Below, piece by piece: positions 9,872 to 18,285 of a DNA stretch of 64,000 nt. The notes under the pieces are model-generated. The model did not search any database. It had not been told where the DNA came from and saw only the letters and a program-made list of their open reading frames with translations. This DNA comes from an uncultured delta proteobacterium. GTDB lineage: Bacteria > Desulfobacterota > Binatia > UBA9968. The stretch spans positions 128,001-192,000 of the forward strand of contig CAVSHR010000006.1 in assembly GCA_963727625.1 (NCBI GenBank), in the 5' to 3' direction. Each line of letters opens with the position of its first letter. The first letter of the stretch is position 1. The position numbers and the translations under genes are program-made.

Positions 9872-10213
9872 GCCCTTTTTGCCCTGACCTGTTTCGCTCC
9901 GCTCCTGCTACCTGCTAAATTCCGATGGTAGACCCCATCTGTTGACACACTCTAAGGCCGGAGCCTTGACTTATTCCCCTTAGTCAACAACATCCCCTAA
10001 ATTCCGCGTATGCTCACCATGATCAATGAGTTGTAGCGGAGCAGAGGCCTGTTGTCTTGGCCGACACGGAGCCACTGCTTCTGATCATCCCGAAGAAAGT
10101 CCAGTTAGACTATTCGACTCGACGGCTAGCTAGCTAATAGCGAACGCCATCGCAGTTTGATTAGCTCGTCTGAGCCGTTTGTTTAAGGGTTTGGTGACTT
10201 TTGCTTTGAAAAT

Positions 10214-10702
10214 TCACAGATCTGGCAACACGCCACCGAAAAAGATCCCGGGAAAGAGTGAGTTATTCAATAAGACGTCGAATGAGACATAGATCAAGAG
10301 CCACAAACATGCAGCAACGATAAAAGACCTGCTCCATGAGACTGTACCCTGGATAATCAGGTATAAAAAGGTGTAGATTGGGACACTGAATTCAAAACCG
10401 AAAAAAAGAATAAACACAAATAACCCGGTGATCCATGCCACTACAGTAAATCCCGCAGGCCACGATGCCACGTCGTAAAAATTTTTTTCCTCCTCGTCAA
10501 GAGGGACGAAACCTTCACCACGAAAGACAGCCCGTAATCGTGCCCATAATGCTGTAGCAATCATCAAGACCGTTGGAACCCCAATCACTAAAGGAACGAT
10601 ACGACCTTCCCCCGCGAATTTTGTTGACTCAAGCACAATGAAAACACCAAAGGCGAGGTAACACAGGTTGACACTAAGATATGTTATGTGCGATGGCCTC
10701 AT
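10214..10702 (-). CDS. tctB: tripartite tricarboxylate transporter small TM subunit TctB
   Basis: About four hydrophobic segments, overlaps tctA stop. Confidence 0.75.
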   Translation of the reverse strand: MRPSHITYLSVNLCYLAFGVFIVLESTKFAGEGRIVPLVIGVPTVLMIATALWARLRAVFRGEGFVPLDEEEKNFYDVASWPAGFTVVAWITGLFVFILFFGFEFSVPIYTFLYLIIQGTVSWSRSFIVAACLWLLIYVSFDVLLNNSLFPGIFFGGVLPDL

Positions 10703-12183
10703 GCTTGTGTCTTATTTTTAAGCCTAAGTAGTTTGAGGAGCGGCACGGCAAACGTCACGGCGATTAAAGTCCAGGAGAGGACGCTACTAAATAGCCCGAC
10801 ATAACTCCCCTGGTGGATTCCGAGTGTCAAGAGAAACGACTTCTCTGCGAGCTTCCCCAACACAAAACCTATGACCAAGGGAAGTACAGGAAGTCCGGCC
10901 TTCCGAATGGCAAATCCGAAAAGGCCAAGTATAAGGACAAGCAGTACGTCCCAAATATTTTCCCTTAGCACGTACGATCCGACAAACGCTATCACTGCAA
11001 TCACCGGTGAAAGATAGTAGACCGGAATCCGAGTAACCATTGCCAGGTACCTGGCTGCGAAAAGACCAAAAACGCTGGCAAAGATATTTGCTACCACATA
11101 ACCGATGAGAAGCTTCCAAATGTAGATCGGCTGCTCTATGATTAACCGGGGACCGGCGGGAACTCCATGTATAATAAAGATGCTGAGCAAGAGTGTCATG
11201 GCAAGACTTCCCGGGATTCCAAAACTCAAGGTCGTCAGCAATGCCCCACCATCCTTCGCGTCGTTTGCGGACTCGCTGGCGATGACCCCCTCCGGATTCC
11301 CTTTACCGAAGGACCCGGGGTTTGAAGAAGACTGCACTGCCGCCGTGTAAGCGATAAGGTTAGCCGTCTCTCCACCGACACCCGGTATAATCCCGATCAA
11401 CGTACCTATAGCGGAGCTACGCACAAAACAAACAGGATGCCGGAATACCTCAACGACGCCGTCCCATGTGCCCGTGATTTCGGCAGAAATATTCTCGGCG
11501 CTGATTGTCCCACCGCGCGCGGAGTAATTAATCAGCTCACCGATTGCGAAAAGGCCGACGAAAAACGGCACTAAGGGAATACCATCCCACAGATACTCGC
11601 TTCCCTCCGTATAGCGAATCAGGCCAGTTTGCTCACTAAGCCCGATTAAAGAGAGTAGTATTCCCGTTCCACCTGCAATTAAACCATCCAGTAGTGAACC
11701 TTGGCTGATGCTCGCCGTCGCAACCAGACCGAATACAACCAGCCAGAAAATCTCTGCATGGCCGAAGGCAAGTACCACCGGCCGCATCACCTGAATGAGA
11801 ACCGCTAGAAGAAACAGGCCGAACACAGCGCCGCACAGCGACGCAGTAGCAGATATTCCGAGAGCTTTAGCGGCCTCCCCCCTTCTAGCCATCGGGTATC
11901 CATCAAAACAAGTCGCGACATTAACCGCTGTGCCAGGCGTGTTCAACAAGATAGCACTAATCGAGCCACCGAAGGCACTTGCACCCATAATGCCGCAAAA
12001 CAAATAAATGGCAGTCGTCGCACTCCAGGAGTAGGTAAACGGGAGTAACATGGACATGGCGATTATGCCGCCCAAACCTGGTATGGCACCGAACGTGAGG
12101 CCAAGCATACTGCCACAGGCAAGCGCCATGATGACGTTGAGACTAAAAATATCCAGAAACGCGGTGCCAAATCCGTCGAACAT
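10699..12183 (-). CDS. tctA: tripartite tricarboxylate transporter permease TctA
   Basis: GAIPGLG, FGGSISAILLNTPGT, DGYPMARRG, ESANDA..GG, GIPGS. Confidence 0.92.
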   Translation of the reverse strand: MFDGFGTAFLDIFSLNVIMALACGSMLGLTFGAIPGLGGIIAMSMLLPFTYSWSATTAIYLFCGIMGASAFGGSISAILLNTPGTAVNVATCFDGYPMARRGEAAKALGISATASLCGAVFGLFLLAVLIQVMRPVVLAFGHAEIFWLVVFGLVATASISQGSLLDGLIAGGTGILLSLIGLSEQTGLIRYTEGSEYLWDGIPLVPFFVGLFAIGELINYSARGGTISAENISAEITGTWDGVVEVFRHPVCFVRSSAIGTLIGIIPGVGGETANLIAYTAAVQSSSNPGSFGKGNPEGVIASESANDAKDGGALLTTLSFGIPGSLAMTLLLSIFIIHGVPAGPRLIIEQPIYIWKLLIGYVVANIFASVFGLFAARYLAMVTRIPVYYLSPVIAVIAFVGSYVLRENIWDVLLVLILGLFGFAIRKAGLPVLPLVIGFVLGKLAEKSFLLTLGIHQGSYVGLFSSVLSWTLIAVTFAVPLLKLLRLKNKTQA

Positions 12184-12241
12184 TATCTCATCTCTTGCCG
12201 ATCCTGCTTTGCCTCTGGCGGGTTCGAACAACACCCAAAAT

Positions 12242-13270
12242 TCACTTGACGTATTGTTTTAGTAACGACGCATTTTTCTCGACTAGTTGGATCATATCCG
12301 ATACCAACTGAGCAGACTCCTTGGCTGTTAGGGGTTTCACGAAGTTGCCCGCCGATTCGATTTTGCTGATCACCGCTTTGTCTCGAAGCGCCCTTGCTAG
12401 AGCATTTTCTAGCTTGCTAACGATCGCCGCTGGGGTCCCGGGAGGAAGCGCAATCAGATTCGTCCCCATCACTGTGGGTTGCGCCAGCTCTTTAAACCCC
12501 TGTTCGGCCCCAGTCGGAACGTCCGGTAACATGGGGTGTCGCTCCGCCGTATAAACGGCTATGGCTTTAGCTTCTCCCGATTGAATCGCCCCGAAATTGC
12601 TCTCGCTTACCGGTAGCGTCGTTGCCTCAAGATCTCCTCGCATGATGTTGGTGATGATCTCGGGGGATGTGAAACCAGGGATAAACCGAACGGGATACCC
12701 CACAATGTTGGTTGCTATGACAGATATAGGGAAAGTATTTCCTCCTGTCCCCGTTATTCCAGCTTGCAGAGGTTTTTTGCGTGCCCGGAGGTCACTCAAT
12801 GTAGAGACTCCAGTTTTTTTTGAAACTTGAAGAAAATATGGCTGCGCGACCGAGCGGCCAATCCATTTGAAAGTACGAATATCAGGAGACAGCCCGCGAA
12901 CGACCTGATTGACCAACTGACCTGGAACGTTGACAACGGCCATCGTGTGCCCATCGGGCTTGGCTCGATTGAGAAGGGTTACGGCATTCCGGCCACCCGC
13001 ACCGGGTACGTTTCTAACAACAACAGGAACTCCCAATTCTTTTCCCATCGCGTCACCCTCGAGCCTCGTTGCAATATCACCACCACTCCCTGCGGAAAAA
13101 CCAAAAAGAAGCGTGATAGGCTTGCTCGGATAGTCCTGTTGCGCAAATGAAGTTGAAGTAAACAGGAGCATTGTAACAGCGGCACTCAGGACCGTGCGGA
13201 ACGTTTTGTCGAATATCGCCTGGATGTGCACTCTTACCGCACTCCAGGACATTGTTCTCAAACCTTTCAT
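12242..13270 (-). CDS. tctC: tripartite tricarboxylate transporter substrate-binding protein TctC/Bug
   Basis: YPSKPITLL.GFSAGSGGD, NVPGAGG, KPDGHT, LPDVPT. Confidence 0.9.
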   Translation of the reverse strand: MKGLRTMSWSAVRVHIQAIFDKTFRTVLSAAVTMLLFTSTSFAQQDYPSKPITLLFGFSAGSGGDIATRLEGDAMGKELGVPVVVRNVPGAGGRNAVTLLNRAKPDGHTMAVVNVPGQLVNQVVRGLSPDIRTFKWIGRSVAQPYFLQVSKKTGVSTLSDLRARKKPLQAGITGTGGNTFPISVIATNIVGYPVRFIPGFTSPEIITNIMRGDLEATTLPVSESNFGAIQSGEAKAIAVYTAERHPMLPDVPTGAEQGFKELAQPTVMGTNLIALPPGTPAAIVSKLENALARALRDKAVISKIESAGNFVKPLTAKESAQLVSDMIQLVEKNASLLKQYVK

Positions 13271-13820
13271 GGCGGATTTCCTCCCTTCTTGCATTTCAGA
13301 GTAAGAAAGTAAACGTCGGTCCGAAACCAACAAAAGTTGTGATTAATTGATTGGGATCTTTCACGGAACAGGAGACTCGTTGCTACAAGTGTCCGCTATC
13401 GCGGCCTGCCTATGGCACCAACACGCCTGCCGCGGATGTGCGCGGCATAATTGTGCAAAGATTGAGCCTGAGCCTTTTGCAAATGTTAGATCAAGCGCTG
13501 AAAAATAATTTTCCTTTTACGTCTCACCTGGGATCGTTTATTATCCCATTCCGACCCGGTAACTCGTAAACGCCACCAAACAGGAATGATCCCTTTGGTT
13601 TTTGTTATCAACGAACGTGGGACGCTGTCAAGCAAAGCAGGATGTAAAAAAAAGATGGGCAGTGACCGCTTTGGGATTATGCCAAAAGGCGAGTTGGAAT
13701 TTCTTTTCTTCCGTTAACGCTTGCTTCCCGGACTTGGTCATCGAGCGCTACGAGAGGGAAAAGTGGCGGATACGGCAAAACCGCTCTCGTTGAAAGGCCG
13801 GTTTCGCTGCCCGGGGGTGA

Positions 13821-14597
13821 GAAAAGGGGACGCGAACCTTATTTACGTTTGCGTATTTGCTAATTCCACCGCCTTTCTAGGACGACCGCGTGGCTGAAGT
13901 GTATATTTCAATCCGAGCGTAGCCGCGATCTTTGTCTTCCAAGTTTCCGTGCCGTAGGGTGTGCCGCGGTTCACGCACCTCCGCAGCGCTTCGATTTCAC
14001 CTTCTGTTTGTGCCGTGTTCACCCATTCAACCCAGTTTGCCGGCCTATCGAAGGACCACTCGCTCAGCAACGATTCTCGATCCCCATGAACTTTTCGCCA
14101 TAGACTGCACCAGCGCCAGTCCTGCGCTTTGTCGACGAGGTTGGCTCGCAAGGCGTTGCGTTCCACATAGCGAATCACATTGAGCGCGGCTTGATCCTGC
14201 TCGACGGGAAAACTTTTGAACCGCCCTTGATAAATATGCCCGTAGCCGGTGGTGTGGCGGTGAGCGTGTAGACGTTGGCTGTGAGTGAGCGTGAGCCAGC
14301 GAAGAAACTCGGTCATCTCGCCGTCCTTCTTCGGCCACAAAACCATGTGCCAGTGATTGGGCATCAAACAATAAGCCAGCAGCCGGATCGGAGAACGGCG
14401 CATCGCTGCAACCATGATCCGCTCGAACGCGGCGTAATCTTCGGGCTTGTCAAAAAGTTGGCCGCGCCCGTTGGCGCGGTTGAGAGCGTGGTAAATTATT
14501 TCACCGGGAGCAATGCGCGCTCGTCTAGGCATCGAGCAACGCATACATCCATCGCCGTTATCTAGTCAAGGAAAAGGTTCGCGTCCCCTTTTCCCCT
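13821..14597 (-). mobile_element. RAYT-type element bounded by perfect 20-bp inverted repeats
   Basis: gaaaaggggacgcgaacctt (13821-13840) / aaggttcgcgtccccttttc (14574-14593). Confidence 0.85.
13843..14532 (-). CDS. REP-associated tyrosine transposase (HUH/Y1)
   Basis: MPRRAR..YHALNR, YCLMPNHWH (HUH), YQGRFKS, RYVERN (Tyr), WRWCS, C-term RGRPRK. Confidence 0.92.
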   Translation of the reverse strand: MPRRARIAPGEIIYHALNRANGRGQLFDKPEDYAAFERIMVAAMRRSPIRLLAYCLMPNHWHMVLWPKKDGEMTEFLRWLTLTHSQRLHAHRHTTGYGHIYQGRFKSFPVEQDQAALNVIRYVERNALRANLVDKAQDWRWCSLWRKVHGDRESLLSEWSFDRPANWVEWVNTAQTEGEIEALRRCVNRGTPYGTETWKTKIAATLGLKYTLQPRGRPRKAVELANTQT

Positions 14598-14603
14598 CCC
14601 CTC

Positions 14604-15269
14604 TTACTTTCCGCGGGTCGTCGTATCCGTGGACTCTGGCGGGGTGCTTTCAACCTCTTCGGCAGAAGCGAGATCTAGCTCTTCAAAAGGTACCCTATTC
14701 TCCTCCATCCATTTATGAAGTGCTACGTTCAGTACCAGTAATTCGCCAACTATGGAAACAGCAACTTTGTGAATCAATAAATCTTCCTCCGCCGAAACTA
14801 GAAGATCTGCAGATCCTTTCGGATGTGTGATGCGATTTCGAATTTCGATGGCTTTCTTGAACCCGTGCCACACTTCGCCCGAGGCATCCAGTACATGCTT
14901 TGACCGTACGGTCTTGGTGAGAGCATAGAAGGCAAAACGATAGTTATCCGCAACATTTAGGAACCTCAATTGTTCTCTGACCTGCCCGTCTTGAAAGTTG
15001 AATTGTACTTCCCGTAGCAAAACGAGTTCACCAGTCGTAAAATCGGCTCTCCCGTGTTTGTTAAGCATGAGACAATATTGTTTATGCAGCCAGGTTACTC
15101 CCTCAACAAAAGCAAAGAAGGTTCGAATGTGGGTACGACGCCAGAATTGTATTATCGCTTCATCGTCAGAGCTTGGCGACAAACCTAGCAGCCTAAGATC
15201 ACTAGTCAGCGATTCAAGCAAAGAATCCGATGAGGTGCGTACCCGCGGGTTTATTTTGTTGCCCTCCAT
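14604..15269 (-). CDS. HEPN-domain putative RNase
   Basis: QFWRRTHIRTFFAFVEG and IRNRITHPK (R-x4-H); AT-rich. Confidence 0.7.
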   Translation of the reverse strand: MEGNKINPRVRTSSDSLLESLTSDLRLLGLSPSSDDEAIIQFWRRTHIRTFFAFVEGVTWLHKQYCLMLNKHGRADFTTGELVLLREVQFNFQDGQVREQLRFLNVADNYRFAFYALTKTVRSKHVLDASGEVWHGFKKAIEIRNRITHPKGSADLLVSAEEDLLIHKVAVSIVGELLVLNVALHKWMEENRVPFEELDLASAEEVESTPPESTDTTTRGK

Positions 15270-15286
15270 AATACTAATACTCCCCT

Positions 15287-15308
15287 AGCGCTGTCCCTCC
15301 TTTAATTT
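15287..15308 (+). repeat. motif B-like degenerate copy
   Basis: agcgctgtccctcctttaattt, 17 bp upstream of the HEPN start, same orientation as 14574. Confidence 0.4.
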
Positions 15309-15367
15309 ATACGATCTTAATACCGATTGGGAGAGATCACCGGATGAGTGATAAGTAAGTAATAAGT

Positions 15368-15463
15368 GTCTTGAATCTTGACATCCTGTCACAATCGGTG
15401 CTTGCCTAACGTTTCGTCGGCAAAAGAATTCAGCTGGCGAAATCGGGCCTGAGTATTGACAAT
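15368..15463 (+). repeat. two motif A copies (15368-15386, 15441-15463)
   Basis: gtcttgaatcttgacatcc (15-mer shared with 16038-16052); aatcgggcctgagtattgacaat. Confidence 0.65.
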
Positions 15464-15511
15464 CACCTCTGAGCATTTCGCGCGCCCCTTCGGGAGGACG
15501 AAGGTCTAGCG

Positions 15512-15949
15512 CTAGCTCACCGGCTCCGCCACGAAGAGCGGAATCACCCGGGTCGTTCGAGTTTGATACTCCGCATACGGCGGATAGGCCGCCACGGCGG
15601 CTTTCCACAGGCGTTCTCGCTCCGCCGCGTCGCTGACCTCGCGCACCCGCATCTTCCGCACCACTGCCAGATCGCGAAGCTCCACTAGCGAATTGGCACG
15701 CAGGTTGTTGACCCAAACCGGATTCTTGGGCGCTCCGCCCGTCGACCCGACCAGCACATAGTTGGCGCCATCCTTGACGCGCATCAGCGGCGTCTTCCGA
15801 ACGGCTCCGGTCTTGTTGCCCGTGTGAGTGACGATGATGACCGGCAATCCAGTATCGCGCAGCGTGTTGCCTTCGGCCCCGTTCGTGCGCTCGTAGAGTT
15901 CGACCTGCTCACGCACCCAATCTCTCGGGCTCGGGATGTATTCAGCCAT
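15512..15949 (-). CDS. deazaflavin (F420)-dependent nitroreductase family oxidoreductase
   Basis: WVREQVELYE..G..G, TGNKTG.VRKTPLMRV, GSTGGAPKNPVW..NLRAN, YQTRTTRVIP. Confidence 0.9.
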   Translation of the reverse strand: MAEYIPSPRDWVREQVELYERTNGAEGNTLRDTGLPVIIVTHTGNKTGAVRKTPLMRVKDGANYVLVGSTGGAPKNPVWVNNLRANSLVELRDLAVVRKMRVREVSDAAERERLWKAAVAAYPPYAEYQTRTTRVIPLFVAEPVS

Positions 15950-16025
15950 TGGCTTGTCTCCAATTCTTTTGTTGGGGCGGTGCGCCGCTTTAATCCGAAT
16001 TTGGCTTACACTTTGCGGAGATTTT

Positions 16026-16052
16026 GGAGTCGCGTCATGAATCTTGACATCC
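16026..16052 (+). repeat. motif A copy
   Basis: ggagtcgcgtcatgaatcttgacatcc. Confidence 0.65.
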
Positions 16053-16183
16053 GGCCGTAATCGGTGCGCGCGATAATGCTCGGGTTCGTGCCTGGATATC
16101 AAAACAGTTTCTTGGACGAGTTCACAACCGCTCCGGGTAAGGTGAGTCGGACTCGGAAACATCGCTCCGCACATCGTGTGAGT

Positions 16184-16951
16184 TTACAGATGGTCGAATA
16201 GCCGGCCATAGCCGGCGATATCCGATTTGACTCCGGCGAGCTTGAGGCCGGCCCAGGCCATCGCCTGCATACTGGTGACCACGGGCACGCCGAGATCTTG
16301 CTCGAGCGGTTGAATGGCTCCGACGCTCGGCATCAGCGCGCCGGTGATCCAGATCCCATCGGCGTTCGGCGTCGAGCGAAAGAGCGCCTTGGCCGCTTGA
16401 TAGGGAACGGCCAGCGGCACCGTGGAGACCTCGTAGTGGCGCGAGATCTCCTCGGCGGCGGGCGGTCGGATGGAGCGGGCCGCGAGCACCTCAATCCCGG
16501 CGTTGGCAACGTAGCTCGTGAGTTGCTCGTGCATGGCGTCGTCAAAAGGCGTCACCATCACCACGCGCCGCATGCCCAGGCACTGCATGGCGTCGATGCA
16601 GGCGCCGATATCGGTGGCGAAAGGAATGGTCGTCAGCTTCGCGACTTCGGCAGTGAGCTTGCGATGATAATCCCAGCCCTTGGTCACAGTGAGCGGCACG
16701 CCCGCCTGCACCATGACATCGACTCTGCGGCTCACCATCTCGGCCACCGCCGCTTCGATCCGATTCACCGCCGCGTCGTACTGCGCCTGAGTCAGCCCCG
16801 TGACCCGGAGCGAGGTCATACACACCGTAACGCCCTCGGGCGCGATCAGATAAAATTCGTAGGCGTTGTTCTCATGGCCGGGGCTGGGCGTGATCAAGCC
16901 GACGCGGGCGCGCCAACCGTAGGGCGCGGCGAGGGAAGCCGTGAGTGCCAT
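16184..16951 (-). CDS. maleate isomerase / arylmalonate decarboxylase (Asp/Glu racemase) family protein
   Basis: YGWRARVGLITPS, APEGV, VTPF, LEQDLGVPVVTS.QA. Confidence 0.8.
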   Translation of the reverse strand: MALTASLAAPYGWRARVGLITPSPGHENNAYEFYLIAPEGVTVCMTSLRVTGLTQAQYDAAVNRIEAAVAEMVSRRVDVMVQAGVPLTVTKGWDYHRKLTAEVAKLTTIPFATDIGACIDAMQCLGMRRVVMVTPFDDAMHEQLTSYVANAGIEVLAARSIRPPAAEEISRHYEVSTVPLAVPYQAAKALFRSTPNADGIWITGALMPSVGAIQPLEQDLGVPVVTSMQAMAWAGLKLAGVKSDIAGYGRLFDHL

Positions 16952-17070
16952 CGGATGGTTTCCTCCAATAAACGATAGAGATCTATTTCTGCACAATCAA
17001 GAAAGCAACCCATCGGCGCTGCTTCAGCATCCGTCGAAGGATCGGATTAGAAACACGCCGAGAAGGGTCG

Positions 17071-17170
17071 TTAAATTTTCAGCACCGCGAGATTCTGGAC
17101 TCTTCGAAAGTCGCGCGTGTTCCGTGTTATCTAGATAATAGAGAATCGCGTTGGTATTGAGCGTGTACAC
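17071..17170 (-). pseudogene. VapC/PIN toxin with large internal deletion
   Basis: N-term VYTLNTNAILYYL fused to C-term TRNTRDFRRVQNLAVLKI*. Confidence 0.65.
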
Positions 17171-17350
17171 TTAGTCGAGCGACGGGCGCTTCTTGGCCCA
17201 TGAGGACCGCATTTTCTTGAGCTCCCGAATCGGTTCGGGAACTCGCCCTTTCCACAAACCGCGAGCTTTCTCCCAAATCGCGAGCCGCTCCTTCGTGGTT
17301 ATGAGCGGGTACATGCGTGGCCTCGAAGGCGATGGAGAACGTTTGGCCAT
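17171..17350 (-). CDS. putative VapB-like antitoxin (59 aa, not in ORF track)
   Basis: MAKRSP...WEKARGLWKGR...LKKMRSSW; stop abuts GTG of PIN remnant. Confidence 0.6.
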   Translation of the reverse strand: MAKRSPSPSRPRMYPLITTKERLAIWEKARGLWKGRVPEPIRELKKMRSSWAKKRPSLD

Positions 17351-17499
17351 GGATGAATCTTATATCAGGCAGCCGCCGAAAGAAACCGAATTTTCCAGTG
17401 ACAATCCAGCTGCCGATCCCGTCATCCTTTGCGAGCGGATCCAGAAGTGCGCTAAATCGAGTTGAACCAAAACGCGGGCGTCAGGATTTGATTCTTTAC

Positions 17500-17901
17500 T
17501 CAAGTGTTGGGCAATGCCGCGACCAAATCCGTTTTCGAGAAATCGCTTCCCTTGAAGAGCAACGGCAAACCGGTGGCCTTTGCCAGCGCGTAAGAGAAAC
17601 AATCTCCATAGTTGAGCCCTGCACCGTTTCTGCCTTTGCCATAGCGGGCATAGGCTTCGCGCGCGAGATCGAGATGCTGAGTGGTAAAGGTTTCAATTTT
17701 AAAACCGGCGTCTTGAATTAACCGGTCGACGAGCCGCCCGGATCTACCGCCGTGCCGATTGAGCATCACGATGTGCAATTCGAGCAGAGTCGCCGCGGAA
17801 ATGAGCGGGGAATCCGTCTCAGCGATCGCTTCTGCGTACATCGCCGCGTCCGGCTCCCGGTCGAGGATCGCAATCAGCGCAGAGGTATCCACGACGATCA
17901 T
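17500..17901 (-). CDS. vapC: VapC PIN-domain toxin
   Basis: MIVVDTSALIAIL..EP, LNYGDCFSYALA, LLFKG.DFSKTD. Confidence 0.92.
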   Translation of the reverse strand: MIVVDTSALIAILDREPDAAMYAEAIAETDSPLISAATLLELHIVMLNRHGGRSGRLVDRLIQDAGFKIETFTTQHLDLAREAYARYGKGRNGAGLNYGDCFSYALAKATGLPLLFKGSDFSKTDLVAALPNT

Positions 17902-18149
17902 CGTGGCAAGCCAGTCTCATCGTAAAGCATCTCTTCGGCCGATCGCTTGTCGATTACAGGCAACCGGCTGCACTGCTCGCCCAACTTGAGCAGCTTCGCC
18001 GCGAGCGCTTTCCGATTGCGTTGGCGCCGCAAGCGTTCCAGGCGCTCGGTGACCGCTTTGTCCACAGCCTCGGCGATTGTCTCGCCCGTAATGCGCGCCA
18101 ATTGCTTGGCTCGACGGTGCGTATCGTCGCTCTTAATGTTCATGCCCAT
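17898..18149 (-). CDS. vapB: VapB antitoxin
   Basis: MNIK....RAKQLA..TGET..EAV...LYDETGLP; ATGA overlap with vapC. Confidence 0.9.
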   Translation of the reverse strand: MGMNIKSDDTHRRAKQLARITGETIAEAVDKAVTERLERLRRQRNRKALAAKLLKLGEQCSRLPVIDKRSAEEMLYDETGLPR

Positions 18150-18285
18150 ATGAAAAATCCTAGGGTATACTTTCCTCGATTTTATACCCCGACTCGGTTT
18201 TGCACAACCGAGCGGCGAAGCTGGAGGGCGGCTTCGAGTTTGGCGTGAGTTTTGACTGATGGCGCGCTACGCACAGCAAAATCGT

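Noticed and set aside
13443-13457. Sigma54-like site near tctC
   Set aside because: GG-GC spacing is 9 rather than 10, and it is on the opposite strand to tctC.
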